From Candidatus Omnitrophota bacterium (GTDB taxonomy: Bacteria; Omnitrophota; Omnitrophia; Omnitrophales; Aquincolibacteriaceae): a DNA stretch of 64,000 bases. A model generated the notes under the pieces. It saw only the letters and a list, made by a program, of their open reading frames with translations. It was not told the DNA's origin and did not search any database. Below, piece after piece: positions 47,470 to 55,792 of this stretch (positions are counted from its first letter, which is position 1; each line of letters opens with the position of its first letter). The DNA lies in the NCBI GenBank assembly GCA_043732705.1, contig JAYTHE010000026.1, positions 12,136 through 76,135 of the forward strand. Direction: 5' to 3'. The translations under genes and the position numbers were made by a program.

Positions 47470-47558
47470 CTGGGGCAAAGATTGAATTTTTTCAAAGGTA
47501 GTGAGTCTAAGAAAATAGATTCGTAGTTATGATTCTTAAAAATAAACAGGAGAAAAAT

Positions 47559-47960
47559 ATGAAAACCTTAGCATCCGTATTTGCAGTTATGATTTTATTA
47601 AGTGGATGTAACGCGGCCAGCCATCGTGCGGCGGTTCAGGATGACTCCACGGATCGTTTGACTGTGGGAAATGTGCAAAGAGAAATTCATGTTGGCATGA
47701 GCGGTGCTGATGTGGTTCAGGCACTAGGTTCACCCAATGTTGTAACTACGGATGAGCAGCGCCGCGAAGTTTGGGTTTATGATAAAGTTGCTTCCGATGC
47801 CACATATTCAAACAGTTCAGGCTATGGCACGCTAATTCTTTTAGGCTATAGTAAAGATGCTGGATCGGTTTCGACTACTCAAAGAACTTTAACTGTTGTT
47901 GTGAAGTTTGATGAGAAAAAAATGGTCCGAGACTTTGCTTATCACAGCTCGAAATTTTAA
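47559..47960 (+). CDS. Lipoprotein, BamE/SmpA_OmlA-like
   Basis: RBS AGGAG. MKTLASVFAVMILLSGC lipobox. Motif LTVGNVQREIHVGMSGADVVQALGSPN ... EVWVYD. Confidence 0.55.
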   Translation: MKTLASVFAVMILLSGCNAASHRAAVQDDSTDRLTVGNVQREIHVGMSGADVVQALGSPNVVTTDEQRREVWVYDKVASDATYSNSSGYGTLILLGYSKDAGSVSTTQRTLTVVVKFDEKKMVRDFAYHSSKF

Positions 47961-47991
47961 AAATAGAACTGATTTGTGCGGATTTAAAAAT

Positions 47992-48534
47992 ATGAAACGC
48001 ATTGCAGCTTTTGTCTCAGCCTGTTTAATATTGACCGGCTGTATGTCTATGCCGCTGGATATTTTAAAATCTCCAGCGGATGCGGTTCAAAAGCGTGAGC
48101 TCCAGAGTCGGGCTTATGCCACGACCGATGAAAATAAAATGATCACATCGGCCGCTATGGCGCTCCAGGATATGGAGTTTACCTTAGACGATAGTGAAAC
48201 TTCACTTGGCGTGGTATTAGCATCAAAGGATCGAAGTGCTGTGAGCGCCGGTCAAGTTACTGCGGCAGTGATGCTTGATGTGCTTGCGGCGGCAGGGGGC
48301 GGATATTCAAATGCTTATGGAACAACTGACAAGCAACAAAAGATACGCGCTTCAGTTGTGACAAAACTGAGTGAAGATAGATCAAAGGTTATTGTCCGCA
48401 CTGTTTTTCAAAAACTGGTTTGGAATCAAATGGGGCAGCTTTCTCGAGTTGAAACGTTGAAAGACGCGACGATGTATCAAGGGTTTTATGATAAATTGTC
48501 TAAATCGGTATTTCTTGAGGAACAAAAAATATGA
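47992..48534 (+). CDS. Lipoprotein, uncharacterised family (paralog A)
   Basis: MKRIAAFVSACLILTGC lipobox. Shares motifs with the next gene (R-Y/F-T-D ... QD-E ... FY..LSKSVFL..QK). Confidence 0.55.
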   Translation: MKRIAAFVSACLILTGCMSMPLDILKSPADAVQKRELQSRAYATTDENKMITSAAMALQDMEFTLDDSETSLGVVLASKDRSAVSAGQVTAAVMLDVLAAAGGGYSNAYGTTDKQQKIRASVVTKLSEDRSKVIVRTVFQKLVWNQMGQLSRVETLKDATMYQGFYDKLSKSVFLEEQKI

Positions 48535-48962
48535 AGTCAGATTTTTGTAAAAGAATATTTATCGCGGGAGTGATGCTTTTTTTTGTAGGGTGCACGAGCT
48601 CTCCATCGAAGAGTGTTCTTGCGACCGATGCGAGTCAAGTGATGTTGCGTAGTATGCAGACACGTGCCTTTGATACAAGTGATCAGTCAAAAACAATGCG
48701 TGCGGTGATTGCCACTGTTCAAGATCTTGAGATGGTGATCGAAAAAGCGGATCAGCAGTTGGGGAGTGTGACTGCAACAAAATTTAGCAGCGGACAAGAG
48801 CTTAAAATGACTGTTACGGTGAGAAACGGAAATCCTGGACAAACTCTGGTGCGTGCTAATGCGCAATATGGAATTAAGCCTGTTGATAAGCCAGAGCCCT
48901 ACCAGGACTTTTTTTCTGCACTTGAAAAATCGATGTTTTTAGCCGCGCAAAAAGTCGATTAA
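48531..48962 (+). CDS. Lipoprotein, uncharacterised family (paralog B)
   Basis: MKSDFCKRIFIAGVMLFFVGC lipobox. ATGA overlap with paralog A. Motifs RAFDTSDQ ... QDLEMV ... FFSALEKSMFLAAQK. Confidence 0.55.
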   Translation: MKSDFCKRIFIAGVMLFFVGCTSSPSKSVLATDASQVMLRSMQTRAFDTSDQSKTMRAVIATVQDLEMVIEKADQQLGSVTATKFSSGQELKMTVTVRNGNPGQTLVRANAQYGIKPVDKPEPYQDFFSALEKSMFLAAQKVD

Positions 48963-49072
48963 GTTTTCTTTTCATTTCCGCAAAATAAGATTTTCCCTCC
49001 TATTCCGTCATGCCTGCTTTGCAACTTGAAGGTGCAGACAGCTGTGTTTCGAATGAGCTACAATAGCGGCTT

Positions 49073-50068
49073 GTGATGTCCTTTTATATGCGAATTCAAA
49101 AAACGACTTTAATCCGGCAGGCTTTTTTTATTGGTGTTTTATTTTTAATTTCTGCACAAGGTTTTGCCGCGGAAAAGGGTGAGCAAATGAAAAATAGTCC
49201 TATCAAAATAAAAATCGGCGAATCTTTTCTTTTACAAAAGGATCAAGCAGCGAAGTATAAGGGAATTTTATTTAACTTTTCAGCCGTCACACATCCATTC
49301 TCCAAAAATCCGGATACAGGCATTGAGCAATATCCGAAAGAGGATTATGAGCTCACCGTTTCATACCGGGGAACAAAGCTGAATACCTATAAAATAGGTG
49401 ACGGCACTTTTTTACGTTTAGCTGACCCTAGTGATCAGGTTATAGGGAAAATCGAAGGTATTTCTTATGCGTTTCGCAGACTTGAACACAAGTTGGGAGA
49501 GGTGCGATTGATATTAAATAAAACCGAATATGAAGTTGCTCCCATTGCAAAGCAAGATGCTGCAAAACAATCTCTTATCTATTCGATTAAATTGCGTTAT
49601 GACATTGAAAAAGACGTTGCCAGGAAAGTTATCTATCTTGATGAAACTTTTCACAATAGCGGACAAACTCCATTAACTCTAAGTCTGTGGGGGCAGTCTC
49701 CCATGGTTAAAGCAGTTAAGCCTTGGTGGGCATTTCGTAAAGAAAAAACCCGCGCAGCTTGTGGAATGCCAGGTGCCGCCAAAGAATCAGATGTGCTGCA
49801 AATTCCTCCTAATCAGTCAATCACAGTGTCTCAATGGTATTGGGCGCAGTCCCTGCTGCCATGGACTTCAGAGCCGGACAAAGGTTTTAATACGCTTTTT
49901 CACCTTAAGAAATCAAGCTCGATTCAAATAGCACTTTGCCGGGTTTTTCGTAATGACGTTGAGGTAGTCGGGCATTTATTAAAGTGTAAAGTACAACTTG
50001 TGGAAGGAAAGTTCTGTTCAGCGCCGGTGAAGTTCAAGTACGAAATTCTTGAAAAAGAAGAAAAGTAA
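49073..50068 (+). CDS. Hypothetical secreted protein
   Basis: Signal peptide (FFIGVLFLISAQGFAA). No recognisable catalytic motif. Confidence 0.45.
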   Translation: MMSFYMRIQKTTLIRQAFFIGVLFLISAQGFAAEKGEQMKNSPIKIKIGESFLLQKDQAAKYKGILFNFSAVTHPFSKNPDTGIEQYPKEDYELTVSYRGTKLNTYKIGDGTFLRLADPSDQVIGKIEGISYAFRRLEHKLGEVRLILNKTEYEVAPIAKQDAAKQSLIYSIKLRYDIEKDVARKVIYLDETFHNSGQTPLTLSLWGQSPMVKAVKPWWAFRKEKTRAACGMPGAAKESDVLQIPPNQSITVSQWYWAQSLLPWTSEPDKGFNTLFHLKKSSSIQIALCRVFRNDVEVVGHLLKCKVQLVEGKFCSAPVKFKYEILEKEEK

Positions 50069-50187
50069 ATAAGTAAAATGAGCCGGTGCAAACTAGCCCC
50101 TTTTCATTAGCCGGAATGGAATAGGGGAGCGTGGAAAAATTTATGTTTTGTTAAAAATACCGAATTGTATTTCCGGTCAACCTAGGC

Positions 50188-51132
50188 TCAGGCTTTCTTT
50201 TTTATCAACGCGATAAAAAAGGCGGTCATGGTGCCGTCGGGTAAAATGCGGCGGGCTTTTTTCACCTCCGGCGAGTAAGTCTTTTTATCCCAATCGGCAA
50301 TGCCTTCCATCCAATTTGAAACGGGCGGCCTCCAATCTAAAATTTCCATTTTATCGTCAGTGCGTCCAAGCGCCCAATCAAGCATGCCCTCATTTTCTTC
50401 GGGCGCGAAAGTGCAAGTGGCATAAACCATCACACCGCCCGGTTTCAAAGAAAGAAAAGCAGATTTAAAAAGCGCGCGCTGTTTAAAAACCATTTCCTTG
50501 ATTTTGGAAAGCGACCAGAATTTAAATGAATCGGGATAGGCGGTGGAAAAACGCCCTTCGCTTGAACAAGGTGAATCTAAAAGCACACGGTCGAAAGTAT
50601 CGGGCGCGAGTTTGCAGTAAATTTCACCGGGCTTAAGTGTTAATTTAAAATTGTCATAACCCTGCGTATCGAGATTGGTTTTTAGTTTAAAAAACCGGGT
50701 TTTAATTTTTTCATTCGCGGTAAGTTCACCCTCGCCATTGAGGGCGCGCGTCATTTGGCCGGTTTTACTGCCCGGCGCGGCGCAAAGATCAAGAATCGTT
50801 TCACCCGGTTCAGGGTCTAAAGCTAATACAGGCAGCATGCTTGCAAGCCCTTGAATGTAAATTTCGCTATTTTGATAGCACGGCGCCTCTTGTAAGGCGC
50901 GGATATCTTTATTAAGAAGGCGAAAAGCATCCGGATACCAACTGACCGGTTCAATTTCAAATCCAAAATCTTTAAGCTGAGCAATTATTTTTCCGTGGTC
51001 TGCGTTTTTGTGATGAAGCCGGAAAGCGGGACGAGGCGTTTCAGAAAAAGAATCAACAACCTGTTTTAGATGAAGCGCCGGAATTATTTTTTGAAGGCGT
51101 TCAAGAAAAAGCGGGGGAAGTGATAGGGGCAT
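50188..51132 (-). CDS. RNA cytosine-C5 methyltransferase, NOL1/NOP2/Sun (RsmB/RsmF) family, compact form
   Basis: ILDLCAAPGSKTGQM (motif I). LLDSPCSSEG (the motif-IV Pro-Cys motif) and YATCTF (motif-VI Thr-Cys) supply the two catalytic cysteines. Confidence 0.8.
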   Translation of the reverse strand: MPLSLPPLFLERLQKIIPALHLKQVVDSFSETPRPAFRLHHKNADHGKIIAQLKDFGFEIEPVSWYPDAFRLLNKDIRALQEAPCYQNSEIYIQGLASMLPVLALDPEPGETILDLCAAPGSKTGQMTRALNGEGELTANEKIKTRFFKLKTNLDTQGYDNFKLTLKPGEIYCKLAPDTFDRVLLDSPCSSEGRFSTAYPDSFKFWSLSKIKEMVFKQRALFKSAFLSLKPGGVMVYATCTFAPEENEGMLDWALGRTDDKMEILDWRPPVSNWMEGIADWDKKTYSPEVKKARRILPDGTMTAFFIALIKKKA

Positions 51133-51140
51133 GGGATTAT

Positions 51141-51183
51141 TTAACCTGCGAGATTAGGAGACCGCTCCAATCTCGCAGGTTAA
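51141..51183 (-). promoter_or_regulatory. 15-bp perfect inverted repeat hairpin between the DUF2892-like gene and the m5C-MTase start (TTAACCTGCGAGATT ... AATCTCGCAGGTTAA)
   Basis: Read directly. On the minus strand the stem ends 8 nt before the MTase AUG and has no U-tract. It is therefore more likely an RBS-occluding or processing structure than an intrinsic terminator. Confidence 0.35.
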
Positions 51184-51193
51184 AATGGGTTGT

Positions 51194-51424
51194 CTAATGA
51201 CTGCAGCCGTCACCGTGTTTGTGCTCGTGCTTTTCTTCTTCCTTTTTCATTTCGCATGATTTTCCGCCGCAGCAAAGCGGGCAATAGCCGATCGCAGACG
51301 AAAGAATTGGAATAATACCTAACCCGCCAAACCAGTTTTTATAATAAATTCCTGCGCCAATGATCGCGAGCCCGATAATAGCTCGAATCAAACGGTTTGT
51401 TCGATTCATATTTGCTTTCATCAT
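51194..51424 (-). CDS. DUF2892/YgaP-like small membrane protein with Cys/His-rich C-terminal tail
   Basis: RLIRAIIGLAIIGAGIYY ... IGYCPLCCGGKSCEMKKEEEKHEHKHGDGCSH. Two TM segments plus a metal-binding-like tail. Confidence 0.55.
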   Translation of the reverse strand: MMKANMNRTNRLIRAIIGLAIIGAGIYYKNWFGGLGIIPILSSAIGYCPLCCGGKSCEMKKEEEKHEHKHGDGCSH

Positions 51425-51569
51425 TTCCCCCTCTTAAAAAACATGCTGAAATAAACCCCTGATAAGCGCATATTGTAGCACTTAAAAACCGATTGTGATC
51501 CGAATGAAGATAGCCCCTTTAATTCCATCCTCTTTTTCTATTATACTGATACTATATATACTTAATTTT

Positions 51570-53543
51570 ATGAGTAAAAAGCCAAAACCAACCAAGCAGG
51601 ATTTGCCCCTCAATAAGATTTTTGGATCAGCTTCCGAAAAGAGCAGTCCTTTCATTACCGACTTTGACCTGTACCTCTTAGGCGAAGGCACCCATTTAAA
51701 AAGCTACGAAAAATTAGGCGCGCATCTCATCGTCAAGGATGGCGTTGCCGGAGTTTGCTTTGCGGTGTGGGCGCCGAATGCCAAAGCCGTCAGCGTCGTA
51801 GGTGATTTTAATGGCTGGTGCGCGGGCAAGCATGCGCTCGAAAAATTACCTAAATCGGAATTTTGGGCGGGTTTTTTTCCGGGCATCAAAGAGGGCAGCT
51901 TTTATAAATATTCGATTGTCACTCCGGAAGGGGGACAGATTCCTCTCAAAGCCGACCCGTACTCTTTTTTTTGTGAAATCCGTCCGAAAACCGCATCCGT
52001 TGTCACAACGCTTGACCGTCATGTTTGGCAGGACAATGATTGGATGGAAAAGCGCGCAAAAATAAATAGCCTCGACGCGCCGCTCTCGATTTACGAAGTT
52101 CATTTAGGCTCTTGGAAACGAGAGCTTCATTCCAACCATTTTTTAAACTATCGTAATTTAGCGCATGAGCTTGTCGAGTACGCGAAGAAGCAAGGCTATA
52201 CCCATATTGAGCTCATGCCCATTATGGAACATCCGTTGGATGAATCTTGGGGCTACCAGGTGCTTAGTTATTTCGCGCCCACAAGCCGCTTTGGTTCCGC
52301 GGAAGACTTTATGTATTTCGTAGATTATTGTCATCAGAACGATATCGGTGTCATTCTCGATTGGGTGCCGGCCCATTTTCCGCAGGATAAACATGGCCTC
52401 GCGAATTTTGACGGTCGCGAAATTTATGCGTATGGCGATTGGAAAAAGCGCGAGCACAAAGACTGGGGGACTTTTGTTTTTGATTATGCGAACCCCAAGG
52501 TGCGTAATTTTCTGATGGCGAACGCGCTTTTTTGGTTTGATAAATATCATATCGACGGTTTACGCGTGGATGCGGTCGCGTCGATGATTTACCGCGATTA
52601 TTCCAAAAAACCCGGAGAGTGGGATCCGAATGAGTACGGCGGCCGTGAAAACTTGGAAGCGATTGATTTTTTAAAACGCTTCAATGAAACGGTGCACATT
52701 AATTTTCCCGGCGTGTTGACGATGGCGGAAGAATCAACTGCCTGGACCGGTGTGTCACGCCCGACTTATACCGGCGGACTTGGGTTTAGCTTGAAATGGA
52801 ACATGGGCTGGATGCATGACACGCTTGAATTTTTTTGTCAGGATCCCGTGCATCGCCGCTTTCATCAAAACATGCTGACTTTTTCCCTGCTCTACGCTTT
52901 TACCGAAAATTTTGTACTGCCTATTTCCCATGATGAAGTAGTGCATGGTAAGCGCGCGCTGCTTGAAAAAATGCCGGGCGATGATTGGCAAAAGTTCGCG
53001 AATTTACGTCTTTTTCTGGGATATATGTTCGGGCATCCCGGGAAGAAACTCAATTTTATGACGAATGATATCGCGCAGCGTCAAGAATGGAATGCGGTTA
53101 GTTCCATGGATTGGCATGTGCTGCAATGGGAGCCGCATCAAAAGATTCAGCACTTTGTGCAGGATTTGAACCGTCTTTATCGTTCTAACGCGGCGCTCTA
53201 TGAAGTTGATTTTGAATGGCAGGGTTTTGAATGGATTGATTTTCTTGATCATGAAAACAGCGTGCTTTCTTTTATTCGCTGGTCGAAAGACCGCAAGCAG
53301 TCTTTAATTTTCACCCTCAATTTAACCCCGGTTCCGCGTTTGAATTACCGCATCGGAGTTCCTTTTGGCGGTTTTTACGAAGAAATCTTAAACAGTGACG
53401 CCAAAGAATACGGCGGAAGCGGTATTGGTAATTTGGGCGGAGTCCAAGCGGAATCATTTTCTTGGCATGGAAGGCCGCATTCGATCGAAGTTAATTTGCC
53501 GCCGCTCGCGATTAACATTTTTAGACCGACAATACAAAAATAA
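51570..53543 (+). CDS. glgB: 1,4-alpha-glucan branching enzyme
   Basis: Collinear with GlgB: DLYLLGEGTHLKSYEKLGAH ... VWAPNAKAVSVVGDFNGW ... SIYEVHLGSW ... GYTHIELMPIMEHP ... LDWVPAHFP ... IDGLRVDAVASMIYRDYS ... EWDPNEYGGRENLEAIDFLK ... LPISHDEVVHGK. Start at ATG 51570 (MSKKPKP). Confidence 0.93.
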   Translation: MSKKPKPTKQDLPLNKIFGSASEKSSPFITDFDLYLLGEGTHLKSYEKLGAHLIVKDGVAGVCFAVWAPNAKAVSVVGDFNGWCAGKHALEKLPKSEFWAGFFPGIKEGSFYKYSIVTPEGGQIPLKADPYSFFCEIRPKTASVVTTLDRHVWQDNDWMEKRAKINSLDAPLSIYEVHLGSWKRELHSNHFLNYRNLAHELVEYAKKQGYTHIELMPIMEHPLDESWGYQVLSYFAPTSRFGSAEDFMYFVDYCHQNDIGVILDWVPAHFPQDKHGLANFDGREIYAYGDWKKREHKDWGTFVFDYANPKVRNFLMANALFWFDKYHIDGLRVDAVASMIYRDYSKKPGEWDPNEYGGRENLEAIDFLKRFNETVHINFPGVLTMAEESTAWTGVSRPTYTGGLGFSLKWNMGWMHDTLEFFCQDPVHRRFHQNMLTFSLLYAFTENFVLPISHDEVVHGKRALLEKMPGDDWQKFANLRLFLGYMFGHPGKKLNFMTNDIAQRQEWNAVSSMDWHVLQWEPHQKIQHFVQDLNRLYRSNAALYEVDFEWQGFEWIDFLDHENSVLSFIRWSKDRKQSLIFTLNLTPVPRLNYRIGVPFGGFYEEILNSDAKEYGGSGIGNLGGVQAESFSWHGRPHSIEVNLPPLAINIFRPTIQK

Positions 53544-53555
53544 TATTAATAGTAT

Positions 53556-53620
53556 TGTCGTCCCCGCGAAGGCGGGGACCCAGTTATTATTTCTGGATTC
53601 CCGCTTACGCGGGAATGACA
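53556..53620. repeat. Inverted pair of palindromic hairpin units between glgB and glgX
   Basis: TGTCGTCCCCGCGAAGGCGGGGACCCAG at 53556-53583 and CTGGATTCCCGCTTACGCGGGAATGACA at 53593-53620. Confidence 0.85.
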
Positions 53621-53644
53621 ACTGAGAATAACGGAGTTAGGAAG

Positions 53645-55756
53645 ATGCAAATTTGGCCCGGCAAATCTTATCCTCTGGGAGCGAATTGGGACGGTGCGGG
53701 AGTGAATTTTTCGATTTTTTCGGAGCATGCTGAAAAAATCGAGCTTTGCCTTTTTGATTCCCCGGACTCGGCTAAAGAAGATGTCATTCTGCCGTTGCCC
53801 GAACGCACCAATCATATTTGGCATGGATACATTCCTGGGTTAAGGCCCGGACAGCTCTATGGCTACCGCGTGCATGGACCCTACAAACCGCAAGAAGGAC
53901 ATCGCTTTAACCCCGCTAAAATTTTACTCGATCCTTATGCTAAAGCGATTGGCCGCCAGATTACCTGGCGCGAAGAAATGTTTGGCTATGACTTGCATAA
54001 CCGCCGTAAAGATCTCGCTATCGATAAACGTGACAATGCCGCTTGGGCGCCTTTGGGTGTTGTGGTTGCGCCTTATTTTGATTGGGAAGGCGACACGCTT
54101 TTAAAAACACCTTGGCAGGAAACAGTTATTTATGAAATGCATGTTAAGGGCATGACGCAGCTGCATCAGCATATTCCCAAAGCCTTGCGCGGAACTTATG
54201 CCGGGTTGGCCTCCGAACCGGTGATCGCACATCTGAAAGAATTAGGAATTACGGCGGTGGAGCTGATGCCGATTCATTTTCACGCGAATGAGTGGCATTT
54301 ATTGGATAAGAAGTTGACGAATTATTGGGGGTATAACACCGTTTCTTTTTTTGCGCCCGACCCGGAATATGCTAGCGCCAAAAATCCGCTCGAGGTGATT
54401 CGTGAATTCAAGCATATGGTGAAACTTTTTCACCGCGCGGGTATCGAAGTGATTTTAGATGTGGTTTATAACCATACTGCGGAAGGTAATCAGCACGGGC
54501 CGACGCTTTCATTTCGAGGCATCGATAATAAATCTTATTACCGTTTATCGGAAGAGAATCAACGGCATTATGAGGACTTTACAGGCTGCGGCAACAGTTT
54601 GAATGCGCGTCATCCGCGTGCGCTCCAGGTGATTACCGATAGTTTGAGATATTGGATTCAAGATATGCATATCGACGGTTTTCGTTTTGATTTAGCGAGC
54701 ACGCTCGCGCGTGAATTTTTTGCAGTTGATAAAATGGGAAGCTTTTTTGATGTGATGCATCAAGACCCCGTTATTCATCAAGTGAAACTCATTGCTGAGC
54801 CATGGGATCTGGGTGAAGGCGGCTACCAAGTTGGTAATTTTCCGGTAGGTTGGGCGGAATGGAATGGAAAGTACCGTGATTGCATGCGCAGTTTTTGGAA
54901 GGGAGACGGCGGACGGCTTTCAGAATTCGCGACACGGTTGTGCGGTTCCAGCGATCTTTATAAAATCAGCGGGCGCAGGCCTCAGGCGAGCATTAATTTT
55001 ATTACCAGCCATGATGGATTTTCAATGCAGGATTTAGTAACGTATAACTCGAAGCACAACGAGGCTAACCTTGAAGAAAACCGCGATGGGACGGATGATA
55101 ATTTAAGCTGGAATTGCGGTTTTGAGGGTCCGACTGAAGAATTATCCGTAGTCAAACTGCGTGAGCAGCAAAAAAGAAATTTGATCGCCACACTTTTTCT
55201 TTCACAGGGTGTGCCGATGATGCTGGGCGGCGATGAAATTTCGCGCAGTCAAATGGGCAATAATAACGCGTACTGCCAGGATAATGAGCTCAGCTGGTTT
55301 CATTGGGATTTCAATGAGAATCAAGTCGCGTTTTTAGATTTCGTTAAAAAAGTAATCCGCTTTCGCAAAAGCCAGCCGGTCCTGATTCGTAAAAATTTTT
55401 TAGAAGGCCGTGAAGTACGCGGAGCAAAAGACATAATCTGGCTTGATTCAACCGGCAAAGAAATGGGCGACGCGGAGTGGAACAATCCGCATGTTCAAAG
55501 TGTCGGCATGCTGCTTTCCGGTCAAGCCATGAACGAACTGAATGAACGCGGCGAACGGATTGAAGGCGACACTTTACTTTTAATGATGAATGCGTATCAT
55601 GACCGGGTTTCCTTTTTGCTTCCGAAGATTGATTCGTCACAAGCATGGGAAATGGCTTTTGATACAGCGGAAGGCAAATTGTCAGGATGGAGAATGCGCG
55701 GCGAAGAAACGTATGTTCTTGAAGGCCGGTCATTGGCCGTGATGAAGCTTGCCTGA
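53645..55756 (+). CDS. glgX: Glycogen debranching enzyme
   Basis: MQIWPGKSYPLGANWDGAGVNFSIFSEHAE ... HGY-PG ... GYRVHGPY ... GHRFNPAK-L-DPYA ... YWGYN ... FDLAS ... AEPWD ... NNNAYCQDN. Collinear with GlgX. The ORF-table start at 53555 is a repeat-derived artefact. Confidence 0.93.
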   Translation: MQIWPGKSYPLGANWDGAGVNFSIFSEHAEKIELCLFDSPDSAKEDVILPLPERTNHIWHGYIPGLRPGQLYGYRVHGPYKPQEGHRFNPAKILLDPYAKAIGRQITWREEMFGYDLHNRRKDLAIDKRDNAAWAPLGVVVAPYFDWEGDTLLKTPWQETVIYEMHVKGMTQLHQHIPKALRGTYAGLASEPVIAHLKELGITAVELMPIHFHANEWHLLDKKLTNYWGYNTVSFFAPDPEYASAKNPLEVIREFKHMVKLFHRAGIEVILDVVYNHTAEGNQHGPTLSFRGIDNKSYYRLSEENQRHYEDFTGCGNSLNARHPRALQVITDSLRYWIQDMHIDGFRFDLASTLAREFFAVDKMGSFFDVMHQDPVIHQVKLIAEPWDLGEGGYQVGNFPVGWAEWNGKYRDCMRSFWKGDGGRLSEFATRLCGSSDLYKISGRRPQASINFITSHDGFSMQDLVTYNSKHNEANLEENRDGTDDNLSWNCGFEGPTEELSVVKLREQQKRNLIATLFLSQGVPMMLGGDEISRSQMGNNNAYCQDNELSWFHWDFNENQVAFLDFVKKVIRFRKSQPVLIRKNFLEGREVRGAKDIIWLDSTGKEMGDAEWNNPHVQSVGMLLSGQAMNELNERGERIEGDTLLLMMNAYHDRVSFLLPKIDSSQAWEMAFDTAEGKLSGWRMRGEETYVLEGRSLAVMKLA

Positions 55757-55792
55757 GTATGAAATTATAATTTTTTTGAAAGGATTTTATTT

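Noticed and set aside
53395-53644. ORFs 53395..53625 and the 53555 start of the glgX ORF (..SIVVPAKAGTQLLFLDSRLRGNDN / WIPAYAGMTT..)
   Set aside because: The peptides are encoded by the palindromic repeat pair. GlgX homology begins at ATG 53645.
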